From: Escherichia phage vB_EcoM_UP17
Sequence record: LR746137
Strand: one strand, 5' to 3'
Length of the DNA: 64,000 nt
The notes beneath the pieces were generated by a model. That model did not search any database and was not told the DNA's origin. It saw only the letters and a program-made list of their open reading frames with translations. Positions 1 through 10,199 of the stretch are shown here, piece after piece; the stretch's first letter is position 1; every line of letters starts with the position of its first letter. Position numbers and translations under genes: made by a program.

Positions 1-2
1 GT

Positions 3-416
3 TGGGAACCGTGGGGTTTTGCGGCTGATACTAAAATCGTTATTGCTAAATCTAACGATATTATCAACCCTTATTCAGGGACTGATGGCGACGTTTCACT
101 AGCTTTGAGTCGTAACCGTTTGGGAACACTCACAATGTCTTTGCAACGTACATCTCCAGCTAACGAAGTACTTGCAACATATGCACAAACAATGTATTCT
201 ACTCGTCAAGTAGCGTTCAGTGTTTATTTAGAAGACCCACGTGGCTATTACATTAGCACGATTGGATGGATTCAAAGTCAGCCTGAAGATACTATTGGCG
301 AAATGATTACAGAGAACCAATGGGTTATTGGTCTTAAAGATGCAAGCCTTCTGCGTAATGAAGTTGGTGTAGGTTTGAGCACCCTTAACTCAATCTCTGC
401 TCTGACAATTCAATAA
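3..416 (+). CDS. Structural protein, C-terminal fragment (tail tube/sheath-like by position); 5' end lies outside the window
   Basis: Reading frame is open from position 3 with no upstream stop; TTG at 105 is only the first in-window start. Sits immediately upstream of the chaperone pair and tape measure gene. Confidence 0.4.
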   Translation, partial: WEPWGFAADTKIVIAKSNDIINPYSGTDGDVSLALSRNRLGTLTMSLQRTSPANEVLATYAQTMYSTRQVAFSVYLEDPRGYYISTIGWIQSQPEDTIGEMITENQWVIGLKDASLLRNEVGVGLSTLNSISALTIQ

Positions 417-421
417 TAAAT

Positions 422-443
422 AAAGGGCAGAAATGCCCTTTTT
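422..443 (+). terminator. Rho-independent terminator-like hairpin
   Basis: Stem GGGCA (425-429) / TGCCC (434-438), loop GAAA, followed by TTTTT (439-443), directly after the stop at 416. Confidence 0.55.
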
Positions 444-461
444 ATCATTAGAGAGGAAAAT

Positions 462-944
462 ATGTCACAAGAACAAGATAACACAATTCAAAAATATGCT
501 CGACCAGAAGAAGTAGTTGAGATTCCGTTAGATGGAAACAGATCTGTTACTTTCCGTATTATGAAGTGGAGTCCATCTAAAGTGTTTGACAGGATTCCAG
601 AATTAGGTAGTGTTCTGGTTGTTCCTATGACTATGTATAGCACAGCAACAATGTCCGCAGACGAAGACCTTGAGTCACGTATTGCTATGGCACTGATCCA
701 ACTTTTTGCAGGTTTGGAAGAAAAGAATTTAACTGTCTTTTTGCGTAAAATTTTAGATGAGGTTTATACTCAAGACGGTTATAACGTTGCAGAAAATTTT
801 GATGAATTATTTATGGCTCACCCAGAACTAGTGTTAGATCTTACTGCTAAAGTTCTGGAGGTAAACTACGGCCCTTTTTTCAAACGAGGTTTCGGAAAAC
901 TGTTCACACAGCTTCAGGCGATGACGAGTTTAGCAGCAAATTAA
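462..944 (+). CDS. Tail assembly chaperone (lambda G-like), zero-frame product
   Basis: 160 aa acidic protein between the tube-like gene and the tape measure gene; contains a slippery heptamer near its 3' end. Confidence 0.5.
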   Translation: MSQEQDNTIQKYARPEEVVEIPLDGNRSVTFRIMKWSPSKVFDRIPELGSVLVVPMTMYSTATMSADEDLESRIAMALIQLFAGLEEKNLTVFLRKILDEVYTQDGYNVAENFDELFMAHPELVLDLTAKVLEVNYGPFFKRGFGKLFTQLQAMTSLAAN

Positions 945-1210
945 CACCTGCGATTGAACATGCTATCGACATAGCAACGAAAACCCTTACTTTGAAGTGG
1001 TATGAGGTTATTCTTTGCAAAGTCGTTAAAGATACCTCGGAAACACTGAAAACATTGGATAACTACGGTGTAGATTATCTTTTAAAACTATATGAGTATT
1101 TAACATACGAAGAGTATGTTGAAGCCATGTATGTTAAAGACACTTCAATAAAGAGAAAACATCAAAACCAGACAAATAAAATGTCAGATTTGTTTAAGAA
1201 ACTTGTTTAA
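462..1210 (+). CDS. Tail assembly chaperone frameshift fusion (G-T-like), predicted via -1 slip at 875-881
   Basis: Downstream ORF 992..1210 has only a TTG start but its frame is open back to 851; conserved chaperone/tape-measure synteny. Confidence 0.4.
875..881 (+). other. Candidate -1 programmed ribosomal frameshift site (T_TTT_TTC)
   Basis: Heptamer T TTT TTC is in X_XXY_YYZ register for frame 0 (codons 876-878, 879-881). The -1 frame is open from 851 to 1210, overlapping the end of the 462..944 ORF. Confidence 0.45.
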
Positions 1211-1230
1211 TCCAACACGAGGAACATACT

Positions 1231-3219
1231 TTGTTAGAAATTAACGCCTCCAAAATTAGTAACGTGGTTACGTTTAAGGTGGACAAGAACAGTCTCAAGG
1301 AAGCAAAAGATGCCGTGTTGAGTGTTCAGAAGTTTGCAAATAAAATGCAACCCACTATGAACATGACCAAGTTTAGACAACAAATGAAAGAGATTGAGCG
1401 TGAACTTAAGAAAGCTCAAACTCAAAGTCAAAAACCTATGCGAGCACCTACTCCCGCTGGAGCGGGTGCTCCTGTAGGAGGATCTGGTAGACCTAGAACT
1501 CCTAAAACCCCGCAAGGAAGAGAAGAAGAAAAAGCTCGTAAAGCTGCTGAACGCGAAGCTAAAGCAGCAGCACGTAGGGAAGATTTAGGTAATCTTCGTT
1601 TGCAGAACTTTAACTACAGAGCAAGAGCATTTAGTAAAGCCAGTCCAGGCGCTATGCAAGAAGCTAGGGACGTTATGGGTAAAGCTGTAGAGCAATACAA
1701 AAAGGGTGAAATAACTCTTCAACGTATGAACCAAGCTCTTGCTCACCAGTTAGATGCCTTACGCAGATCTCATCGTGAAAAGAATGCTGAAATAGAAGAC
1801 GAGGTTCGCGGTCGTCGCCGTATTCGTAGAGAGCTAGAAGCAGAAGCTAAAATGCGTATACGTATGCGAAATCGTGAACTTAGAGATATAGAACGCAACC
1901 GTAAGCGTGAATTAGCTCAACAAAAACGTGATCGTGATCGTCGATATGGACAATTAAAAGAAGGTGCGGCAGGTCTTAATCCACGCATGATTGCATCCTC
2001 TTTGATAGGTGCTGGGCTGTTTGCAGGTGGTTCTGTAGTTGGTAACACGTTGATGAATACTAATGAAAGAATTAAACTTGTAAGTCGTGGTGCTGAAAAC
2101 GTTCAGACAAACGCCAACGCTATTTTGGCAATGACAGCTTGGGGTGAACAGAACGGTGTGGACTCTGCAAATATTATTAAATCAATAGATAATATTAAAG
2201 ACGTTCGTGAACGTCTTGGTAATACAGTTTTAGCTGCAAAGTGGAATGAGAAAGAAGGGAAGTGGAAAGGCGGTGATAATGGCATAACTGACATTATGAA
2301 CTTGTTTGGATGGAATCCAGAACAGCTTAAACCTTTACAGAACGATCCTTTAGCTTTTATTCAGGCTACTGTTAATGAAGGTGAGCGTCGAGGTATGAAC
2401 TCTGCTCAAATCGGGCGACTTCTTGAAAACCTTGGTGATGACCTTATGCACTACCAACGTATGTTTAGTAAAAACGGCGAAGGGTATAATGAAGTATTGA
2501 AAATGCTTCAAAGAACAGGTGCAACATTAACTCAAGAACAAATAGATGCTTCTAAAGAGTTTACTCGTTTTGCTGCAACAGTTCAGCTTGTAGGTCAAGG
2601 TATGCAGAACCATTTCTTAGAGGGTTTTGTAAAAGCTTTACCTAAAGATGATTCTTGGTTGGATAACGTTAAAGTGCTAGATCAGTTCGCCAAAGATTTA
2701 GGTGAAGAACTTGGTAAAACAACAGTTCAACTTGGTGGTTTTGCTAAAGAATTAGGAGATGGTTTCGGATCTTTTACCAATTGGCTTAAAGAAACATTCC
2801 CAGATACCTTCGGAGACAACACAGATCCTAATAAATCTTTGGCACAAAAAGCATACGAGGCAACGCAAAGTGGAGACAGCAATCCTGTAGCAGATTGGTT
2901 GTACAATTTAACAGGTATTGATACACAAGATATTGGTCGTATGTGGAGAGGAGAACAAACAAGGACACGTGCTTTTGGATTTGGTAATCCTCTTGAAGAT
3001 TTACGTGAATCAGCCTATACACCTAACGTAAGTTTGGCTCGTAATCAACCTGTTGTTGAGAATACGGTAGCAATACCAAGTGATCTTATCAAAGTTACGA
3101 TCAGCCCTTCTTCCGAGTTTGGAAATATTCTTGATGCAAGAATTCAAAATAGCGGAAATAGTATTTTCCAACGTTTGTCTCTTTCAACTCTAAGTGGACA
3201 ATCTAACACTGGTGGTTAA
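1231..3219 (+). CDS. Tail tape measure protein
   Basis: 662 aa; long K/R/E-rich coiled-coil-like N-terminal third, Gly-rich hydrophobic segment (IASSLIGAGLFAGGSVVG); follows chaperone pair. TTG start with GAGGA RBS. Confidence 0.55.
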   Translation: MLEINASKISNVVTFKVDKNSLKEAKDAVLSVQKFANKMQPTMNMTKFRQQMKEIERELKKAQTQSQKPMRAPTPAGAGAPVGGSGRPRTPKTPQGREEEKARKAAEREAKAAARREDLGNLRLQNFNYRARAFSKASPGAMQEARDVMGKAVEQYKKGEITLQRMNQALAHQLDALRRSHREKNAEIEDEVRGRRRIRRELEAEAKMRIRMRNRELRDIERNRKRELAQQKRDRDRRYGQLKEGAAGLNPRMIASSLIGAGLFAGGSVVGNTLMNTNERIKLVSRGAENVQTNANAILAMTAWGEQNGVDSANIIKSIDNIKDVRERLGNTVLAAKWNEKEGKWKGGDNGITDIMNLFGWNPEQLKPLQNDPLAFIQATVNEGERRGMNSAQIGRLLENLGDDLMHYQRMFSKNGEGYNEVLKMLQRTGATLTQEQIDASKEFTRFAATVQLVGQGMQNHFLEGFVKALPKDDSWLDNVKVLDQFAKDLGEELGKTTVQLGGFAKELGDGFGSFTNWLKETFPDTFGDNTDPNKSLAQKAYEATQSGDSNPVADWLYNLTGIDTQDIGRMWRGEQTRTRAFGFGNPLEDLRESAYTPNVSLARNQPVVENTVAIPSDLIKVTISPSSEFGNILDARIQNSGNSIFQRLSLSTLSGQSNTGG

Positions 3220-3226
3220 TAAAATA

Positions 3227-3249
3227 CCTCGCTTCGGCGGGGTTTTTTC
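3227..3249 (+). terminator. Rho-independent terminator
   Basis: CCTCGC-TTCG-GCGGGG hairpin followed by TTTTTTCGTTT directly after the stop at 3219. Confidence 0.65.
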
Positions 3250-3256
3250 GTTTCCC

Positions 3257-3286
3257 TTGACACGAAGTTTCTATATGTGTTACAAT
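3257..3286 (+). promoter_or_regulatory. Sigma70-like promoter (TTGACA-N18-TACAAT)
   Basis: TTGACA at 3257-3262, 18-nt spacer, TACAAT at 3281-3286; about 60 nt upstream of the ATG at 3346. Confidence 0.45.
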
Positions 3287-3345
3287 AATCAATATGGGAA
3301 GATCTTGCATCTTCCTTTTGGCATTATCATTACTACGAGGTTATC

Positions 3346-4047
3346 ATGGCAGCAATGACTCCACAACAGTCGGTGAGAGCCGTCTATAAGGCAGAACAGG
3401 AAATCAACTCTACCGAGAATAAAAATACCTCGGCATCTACTGTAAAGGGTGATAATGGTTTCTGCATTTTAGCAAGTGTTTATAATAGTTCAAGTGATCA
3501 ATACATTCAAAACTTTAAAGCAATTACTTTCGATTCGGTCCCTGAAGTAGGTGTAACTCGTGAGGCAGATGTTACAAGTTTTCCAGTAGAATCAGGATCG
3601 GATGTAAGTGACCACGTTCAAATAAAAAACAACAGATTTAAACTTTCAGGTATAATTACCGAAACACCAATTCGGCTTATGCGGGATCAATTATACAGTG
3701 CAGGTGTAAATGGGGCAAGGATTTCTCAAGCAATAGAATATCTAGATCAAATATTTGAGTCAAGACAACCAATAGTTCTTTTGACAGAACACAGGACTTT
3801 TGAAAATGTTATTCTCAAAGGCTACTCTTATGATTATAAATCTGAATTTGCTATGCAATTTGATTTAGAGTTTGAACAAATCCGTCTCGTTTCTAAGGCC
3901 ACTACTAATGCTATTGCTGTAAAAACAGCACCAAATAAATCGACTGGTGGTGATGTGAAAGGTCAAGTTGCTTCGAATGGTCCTAAGTCAGATATTACAG
4001 TAAGAACTGCTGAAGCTACTAATACCCCAACAAACAACGGAGGTTAA
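3346..4047 (+). CDS. Hypothetical tail/baseplate protein
   Basis: 233 aa ORF in the position between tape measure and hub genes. Confidence 0.5.
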   Translation: MAAMTPQQSVRAVYKAEQEINSTENKNTSASTVKGDNGFCILASVYNSSSDQYIQNFKAITFDSVPEVGVTREADVTSFPVESGSDVSDHVQIKNNRFKLSGIITETPIRLMRDQLYSAGVNGARISQAIEYLDQIFESRQPIVLLTEHRTFENVILKGYSYDYKSEFAMQFDLEFEQIRLVSKATTNAIAVKTAPNKSTGGDVKGQVASNGPKSDITVRTAEATNTPTNNGG

Positions 4048-4049
4048 TA

Positions 4050-4463
4050 GTGACAACTTATTCTAAAACAACAAGGTCTACAAGTAATACAGGCTACAGT
4101 GCAGTTTATCTAGAGGACCATTCTACTTATTTTGCATGGTATCTGAAAACTGAAGAGTATCCTGATCAAACATATACAGTTACATTGGATGGAGTTGATT
4201 ATGACATTCGTTTAAGGTGGAACACTAGGGACGAGTCTTGGCAATGTCAGATTGGATTATCTGGAGATGATCCAAGTATAAGTTTCAAAGTTACAAATGG
4301 TTTAGATCTTCTTAAACCTTATAAATATCTTGAAAGTGTGCCAGATGGTCAATTGTATATAGTAGATACAGTTAAGATTAATGGTCGTCCTGGGTATACA
4401 ACTACAGGTCGAGATAAACGTTTTGTATTGGTTTATATTGATAACAAACCTAATCAGGCGTAA
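4050..4463 (+). CDS. Hypothetical tail/baseplate protein
   Basis: 137 aa ORF, tightly spaced after the previous gene. Confidence 0.5.
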   Translation: MTTYSKTTRSTSNTGYSAVYLEDHSTYFAWYLKTEEYPDQTYTVTLDGVDYDIRLRWNTRDESWQCQIGLSGDDPSISFKVTNGLDLLKPYKYLESVPDGQLYIVDTVKINGRPGYTTTGRDKRFVLVYIDNKPNQA

Positions 4464-4472
4464 GGAGATAAT

Positions 4473-5483
4473 ATGGCAGAAAGAGAGTATACAAAAGCTC
4501 CTGCCCCTAATTTAAACAGGGCATACAAATTATTAATTGGTTCTGCCACAAACACAATACAGAAGAGAACTAAGAACTCGGCATTTAAATCTACAGTAGA
4601 TTTGGATACCAAGTTAGGAACAACAGAAAAATCCTCTTCTAATTTGTATTTGTTGCAAGACCATCAAATAACCTTCAGTATTAAGAAAGATAATAACAAA
4701 GATCCTAACCAAGCAGAGATTGTAGTTTATAACCTTTCGGATGATACTGTTAACTATATAAACCGTGGTATCCGAAATAACTTGGCTGTTGCTTTAGCGG
4801 TAGGATACGAAGGTGAAGAGTTGGTTATGGTCTTCAAAGGAACTATCCAGTGGGTTAGTGATACTTTTGACTCGGTAGACAGGAAAACCACTTTACACTG
4901 TTTGGATGGCGGTATTAACATTGCAGAAGCAAGAACAAGCCGCAGTTATCCAAAAGGAACTAAAATCAAACGTGTTGTGACAGATTTGGTAAAGGATTTA
5001 GGAACTACAGAAGGTAATATACACGTAGATAATGATCAAACCTTATCCTCAGCAACAGCTATGTGTGGAAACACTTCACATTACCTAGAACATATTTGTA
5101 AAAGTATTGATCACAATGTGTCAATACAAGATGGATCTGTTTATGTCACTCCTCGTTCACAAATGTCTAGTGCACGTAGCGCCTACATTAGCCCTGAAAC
5201 TGGTCTGATAGGAAGTCCAGAACCATTCCACAACGATATAAAACCTACTAAAAAAGTTACCAAGTCATCTAAGAAGGCAAAGAAACCTACAGATGGTGTT
5301 AAATTCAAATGCCAAATGAATGGTGCAATATTACCAGAAAAAACAATCTGGTTAAAAAGCCGAGATTATGATGGTCCATTTAAAGTTGTTTCTGTTTCTC
5401 ACAATGGTGATAAAGAGGGTAAAGAGTGGGTTACTGAAGTGGAGTGTGTATCCGTGTCTGAAATAATGACTAAGGAGAAATAA
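4473..5483 (+). CDS. Baseplate hub-like protein (gpD/gp27-like by position)
   Basis: 336 aa ORF immediately upstream of the spike gene, stop/start overlap at 5483. Call is by synteny only. Confidence 0.4.
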   Translation: MAEREYTKAPAPNLNRAYKLLIGSATNTIQKRTKNSAFKSTVDLDTKLGTTEKSSSNLYLLQDHQITFSIKKDNNKDPNQAEIVVYNLSDDTVNYINRGIRNNLAVALAVGYEGEELVMVFKGTIQWVSDTFDSVDRKTTLHCLDGGINIAEARTSRSYPKGTKIKRVVTDLVKDLGTTEGNIHVDNDQTLSSATAMCGNTSHYLEHICKSIDHNVSIQDGSVYVTPRSQMSSARSAYISPETGLIGSPEPFHNDIKPTKKVTKSSKKAKKPTDGVKFKCQMNGAILPEKTIWLKSRDYDGPFKVVSVSHNGDKEGKEWVTEVECVSVSEIMTKEK

Positions 5484-6217
5484 TGGATGCATTAAATTTT
5501 GTCACAGCAATGCGTGGCTTAATGACAGAACAATTAGCAGAAGTCCATACAGCCCTGCCAGTCCGTGTGACTGGCGTTAATTATGGTGCTAAAACTGTCA
5601 CTTTAGAATCTATTGTTAAAAACACACGATCTAGTGAAGATGAAATAGATTACCCTACTTTTGAAGATGTTCCTTTTATGGTTAATGGAGGTGGGACAGG
5701 AAGAATCTCATTCCCTATTAAAGCTGGCGATTTAGGAACTGTTATATTTTCTGAAAGAGATCCTTCTAATGCACTGCAAACTAGTGGAGAAACCTCTTCA
5801 TCATCCACTTTTATGCAGCCTTGTGGATTATACCCTATTTGTTTTATTCCCAAAATAGCTACAGGAACAGATTCAACAGAAGCTGTAGATTCTGAAAAGG
5901 TAGTTATTTCTAATAACAAAAACACGTACGCTTCTTTCGACCCTACAGGTAATATTTCAATATGGAATAGTCAAGGGATGAAAATAGATATTACTACCTC
6001 CGGTATTACTATTACAGATGGCACAGGAACTTTGGATCTAAAAGGTGGTAATTTAACTTTCAAAGGCGGCGTGGCAGATATCAATGGTCTTAAAATAGAC
6101 CAGAACGGTTTGATGACAGATGGTAATGGCATCGGATTCCATACTCACACGCACACGGTTCGTAACATTCAGAGCGGTAACTCAAGTGCCGAGTCCTTAA
6201 AACCAACAGGAGCCTAA
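5483..6217 (+). CDS. Baseplate central spike (gpV/gp5-like)
   Basis: 244 aa; C-terminal Gly-rich repetitive beta-helix-like region (GITITDGTGTLDLKGGNLTFKGGVADINGLKIDQNGL) ending in a His-rich tip GIGFHTHTHT. Confidence 0.5.
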   Translation: MDALNFVTAMRGLMTEQLAEVHTALPVRVTGVNYGAKTVTLESIVKNTRSSEDEIDYPTFEDVPFMVNGGGTGRISFPIKAGDLGTVIFSERDPSNALQTSGETSSSSTFMQPCGLYPICFIPKIATGTDSTEAVDSEKVVISNNKNTYASFDPTGNISIWNSQGMKIDITTSGITITDGTGTLDLKGGNLTFKGGVADINGLKIDQNGLMTDGNGIGFHTHTHTVRNIQSGNSSAESLKPTGA

Positions 6218-6218
6218 C

Positions 6219-6842
6219 ATGGGAATCCCTTTTGACTTAAAACTTGGGCCAAACAACGACCTCATCATGGATGATGGGGATTTGGTCCTCACTACAACCA
6301 GAACAGAAATTGCAGCACAAACTCTTGGGATAACTCTGAACACGTATCGTGGGGAGTGGTTTTTAAATACTAACTTCGGTGTTCCTTACTTACAAGAGAT
6401 TATTGGTGTTGCTAGAAAGAAAGATATTGTAGACAGAATATTTTTAGCAGAGATTGCCAAAAACGTTTACATAGATACAATAAACAGTTATAAATCTGCT
6501 TATGATATGGATCAACGTTATTACTCAATGACAGTTATGGTCACAGTTGGAGCAGATACAGTAACATCTATATTCAATACTCAACCTTCTGAAGAGTTTA
6601 TTTACCCTGAAGCTGGTGAAGACAATGCAGCGATCATTTGTGAAGCTTACAGTATTGTTGAGAATTCGAATAGACTTTATCGCTTTATCAACTTTGTTGG
6701 TTTGCCACGTGATACCTACTCTACTTGGTGGAATGAATGGTCTACAGAGTCAGCAGGGGAAAGAATCATGGTTAACGAAAAAGGTGATGCATTAGCTACA
6801 AACAATAATTTCGGTATAACAGCTATGACAGGAGTAGAATAA
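6219..6842 (+). CDS. Baseplate wedge protein (gpW/gp25-like N-terminal domain)
   Basis: N-terminal ~100 aa resemble the gp25/GPW pattern (DL..GDLVL...IAAQTLGITLNTYRGEWF); longer than canonical W. Confidence 0.5.
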   Translation: MGIPFDLKLGPNNDLIMDDGDLVLTTTRTEIAAQTLGITLNTYRGEWFLNTNFGVPYLQEIIGVARKKDIVDRIFLAEIAKNVYIDTINSYKSAYDMDQRYYSMTVMVTVGADTVTSIFNTQPSEEFIYPEAGEDNAAIICEAYSIVENSNRLYRFINFVGLPRDTYSTWWNEWSTESAGERIMVNEKGDALATNNNFGITAMTGVE

Positions 6843-7315
6843 TGGCAGATTTAACTACGATCAAAGTTTCTGATCTTACACAAACAACCTCTGTATCTGA
6901 TACAGATTTCTTTGTAACAGATCAGGCTGGAATAACAAAGAAGACTTCTTTGAAAGTGCTGTTGAGTGGTGCAGGGGTAACTAGAAACCGTTTAAATGCA
7001 CGTGGAACAGTAACTAGCACCTTGGCATTAGATATTAGTTCAGCAGAATATTTTTCGGCAACTTTATCTTCTGCAACATGCACAATTAGTTTTACTAATA
7101 TTCCAGTAGCAACGAATGCAGTTTTAAACTTTACTTTAGCTTTGCGTCAAGGAAGTGGCGCAAATAAAGTCGTATGGCCTTCTTCTGTAAAATGGAGTTT
7201 TGGTCGTTCCCCAGTTTTGAGTTATCGTCAAGGTGCAACAGACACTTTTGAGTTTATCAGTTATGATAATGGTGCAACTTGGACAGGTAGCTTAGTTTTA
7301 GCAGGAGTTATTTAA
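6842..7315 (+). CDS. Hypothetical structural protein
   Basis: 157 aa, stop/start overlaps with both neighbours. Confidence 0.5.
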   Translation: MADLTTIKVSDLTQTTSVSDTDFFVTDQAGITKKTSLKVLLSGAGVTRNRLNARGTVTSTLALDISSAEYFSATLSSATCTISFTNIPVATNAVLNFTLALRQGSGANKVVWPSSVKWSFGRSPVLSYRQGATDTFEFISYDNGATWTGSLVLAGVI

Positions 7316-10191
7316 TGTCAAGAGTTAAGCACAATATTGACAACACGTTTCAGTTGATTGAAGGGTTGGTTCAGTTTTTGGAAAGAAATACTGGGCTTAC
7401 CATAGATCCTACGGTTCAGCATTACATTATCAACCCACAAAACGTATTGGCGAACAACAGACACTTTATTAACTGGACAGCGCAGGAAGGGCAACCAAAC
7501 GGTGACGCTACTACCGAAGGTCAATCTGTGCTTATCACTGGTTTTGCTTATGCATATTTGGCTACAGGGGATAAAAAATATCTTGAATCTGCCGAGAAGT
7601 ATTGGCAAGCCTATATAGATCACTTCTTCGGGGGCCAACCTATTCCTGATCCTCCGGCTAAGTATCGTCCCAACTGGATCATCAATGGTAAAGAACCACG
7701 TTTAGCACATTACCCTCTCACAGATGATGGGTATCCTACGCACGGTGGGTTCAAAGGTAGCATGATGACTTGGATTAACGGAAGGACTGTTATTCCTAAA
7801 GGTGCACCGCATTGGGGGGAATACTTAGATAAAGCTTGGTTTGCTTTCAATGGCAATCTTGGTTGGAACTCCGTTAACGCAACAGTTTATGCAACTAATC
7901 CAGATGGTTCAACCAACTGGAAAGAATATGGAGATCAGTGGGACGTTGAATGGATTATAGATCGTCTAGGACGTAAAGTTGATTGGGATGGTAACATTTT
8001 ATCTACAGGTCACAGCTTCGCAGAATATGGAACAGTGCAACTTAAAAATGCTTCTGTGAACGGTGATTATAAATTCAACTACGCTACATGCAACCCTGTA
8101 GAACACGGTGGATATCTGCTTAAGCGTAATGAGATGTGGCATAACCGTCCTGTAAACGTTCCGGTAGAGTTAGGTTATCAAGATAATGCTTCCGATGCTG
8201 AAACGTGGTGGTGTGATGCAAACTACTTGATGTATCAGATCACAGGAGAGAGAAAATACTGGCTTTGCTGGCAATCTTCTTTATTGTTGTGTCAAGACTA
8301 CTCAAACATCGATATGTTTGATAAATTCTTCCGTAGATCTACGACAGCAATAATTCCTTTTACAGATGGTATCTCGTATGATTACTCATACCCATCTACA
8401 GCAATACCTAAATATTCTCGTGACGAATTAGGATACACAGTAATTCGCCAAGATGTTTCAGCACAAACAACTCTAGAACAACAGGCAGTTTGGTTCAGAG
8501 TAGATCAGAATTCAAAACTGCGTATTGAGTTTCAAGGTGTAGATGATGCAGGGGAAGGTGTTCTTTTCCGTCCAGAGCTAGAATTAAGCAAAACTAAGAG
8601 TGAAACAGACACAGTGACATATCGTTGTGGCTTACCTCTTGGTGCAGCTAATATGACTAAGATGGATATACCTTTATCTAGTTTTATGCGCACCGAACCT
8701 CCTGGAGGTGGTGTATATATTATTGCTGAACCCAGAATTATTGTTGACTGGGGAAGCAATACTGTGATACAATATAAATATGCAACTGGTATTGCTGGGA
8801 CAAATAGTGATCAGATAGTTTCTGCTAATATGGATTCAGATGGTGGTTTTACTGTTGGGTTTTGGTTAACACCAACTAAAACAGCCAATTTAAAATCTAT
8901 TACATATCGTTCATACGCAGATGATTTTAACATCACTATTACGGATTCCGCAGGTTGGAGATGGTGGGCCATGTTAGAAAAAACAAATTCTGCATGGGTT
9001 ACTAAAGCTTTAAGTCCTGCTGATTTCAAATTAAGCACTTGGCAACCCAATCATAACGACACAGAGACAAAACCTTCGTCAATAAACCTGACTGCTGTTG
9101 ATCAGATCAGCATTGCATTGGATTCTGAACCTGCAAATGGCTTGACAGGGGCAATCGATTTTTATTGTGTTAACGATATCCCATCTTTGTATTCTTCAGC
9201 CGCTGGTGATGATTACACAATGTATTTCAGGGTTACAGTTTCATCTGAAAATCCTTATACAGCAAAACTTGGAGATTGTACAATACTGGACTATAAACTT
9301 GACAGTTTGAATTATACTCCAGGAATCATTCCATTTTCCAATATTAGTGATCCTAACACAGCATTATATGACGGTTGGCGTGGTATTCCTTACCCAGGTT
9401 ATCAATACCCATCCTTATATTGTTTTAAAGGGAGAGATATTGACTGGGTTCGTATGAACAACAGTATAGACTTTTTATATGATTCACAAATGTGGTTTTA
9501 TAATAAGTTTGCCCCTGTGATGCCTGGGCCAATGGCACAAGCTTATGTTTGGGATCGTTGGGATGCTCATAAATATGGAAACAAGAATGAGTTCACAATG
9601 TATCATTGGAACGATAAAGCTTGGGATGGTTATGAAGCACGAGCATTCTTCTGTGCGTGTCATACAGTATACGAACTGAAACAACGAGGAGCAGAAGTTC
9701 CTGAAAAACTTTTAACAGTTTGTAAAAACTGGATCAATTATCTGAAGTGGTTCCAAGATAACAACGAAGGAAGAACACCAACAATATTTTATCCCAACGG
9801 AGAAGTGGCTGCGCCTGTAGATGACTTTACAAGTCACATGTCTGCGCTCTTTATGGCGGGATGTGCTATAATGGGGATGGCTGGATATGATTCAGAAATT
9901 CCTAACATTAAAATAGTAGCAGATCGCTGTTTTGAACTTATTCAGGAAAATTATATTGTTCTTGGTCCTAATCACGTTATGAATGGTTGTTGGAGTGCTG
10001 CCCCTAGACCAGACAGTGATAACGGAGTCTTCTTTGGCTTCCACGCCGGAGAGTTGTTACGTGGTTTTGGGTTGTATGCCTTATACAAAAAACTTAATCC
10101 CCAAAATGCATTACCTGTTTTGGATTCGAGCAATATTCCTGCACTTACTGTTTTGACAATGGCAAACATTAGTGTGGACGTTACCGAGTAA
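7315..10191 (+). CDS. Large virion-associated protein (958 aa), function unknown
   Basis: Long ORF, Trp/Tyr-rich; located between baseplate W-like and J-like genes. Confidence 0.5.
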   Translation: MSRVKHNIDNTFQLIEGLVQFLERNTGLTIDPTVQHYIINPQNVLANNRHFINWTAQEGQPNGDATTEGQSVLITGFAYAYLATGDKKYLESAEKYWQAYIDHFFGGQPIPDPPAKYRPNWIINGKEPRLAHYPLTDDGYPTHGGFKGSMMTWINGRTVIPKGAPHWGEYLDKAWFAFNGNLGWNSVNATVYATNPDGSTNWKEYGDQWDVEWIIDRLGRKVDWDGNILSTGHSFAEYGTVQLKNASVNGDYKFNYATCNPVEHGGYLLKRNEMWHNRPVNVPVELGYQDNASDAETWWCDANYLMYQITGERKYWLCWQSSLLLCQDYSNIDMFDKFFRRSTTAIIPFTDGISYDYSYPSTAIPKYSRDELGYTVIRQDVSAQTTLEQQAVWFRVDQNSKLRIEFQGVDDAGEGVLFRPELELSKTKSETDTVTYRCGLPLGAANMTKMDIPLSSFMRTEPPGGGVYIIAEPRIIVDWGSNTVIQYKYATGIAGTNSDQIVSANMDSDGGFTVGFWLTPTKTANLKSITYRSYADDFNITITDSAGWRWWAMLEKTNSAWVTKALSPADFKLSTWQPNHNDTETKPSSINLTAVDQISIALDSEPANGLTGAIDFYCVNDIPSLYSSAAGDDYTMYFRVTVSSENPYTAKLGDCTILDYKLDSLNYTPGIIPFSNISDPNTALYDGWRGIPYPGYQYPSLYCFKGRDIDWVRMNNSIDFLYDSQMWFYNKFAPVMPGPMAQAYVWDRWDAHKYGNKNEFTMYHWNDKAWDGYEARAFFCACHTVYELKQRGAEVPEKLLTVCKNWINYLKWFQDNNEGRTPTIFYPNGEVAAPVDDFTSHMSALFMAGCAIMGMAGYDSEIPNIKIVADRCFELIQENYIVLGPNHVMNGCWSAAPRPDSDNGVFFGFHAGELLRGFGLYALYKKLNPQNALPVLDSSNIPALTVLTMANISVDVTE

Positions 10192-10199
10192 GGGGTAAA

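Noticed and set aside
1234-1515. 93-aa minus-strand ORF rich in Arg/Ser
   Set aside because: Antisense to the tape measure gene's charged coiled-coil region; a typical shadow ORF.
5650-5925. 91-aa minus-strand ORF inside the spike gene
   Set aside because: Embedded antisense in a well-supported structural gene within a plus-strand operon.
6153-6170. HTHTHT read as a helix-turn-helix
   Set aside because: It is a literal His-Thr repeat in the protein sequence, not a DNA-binding helix-turn-helix motif.
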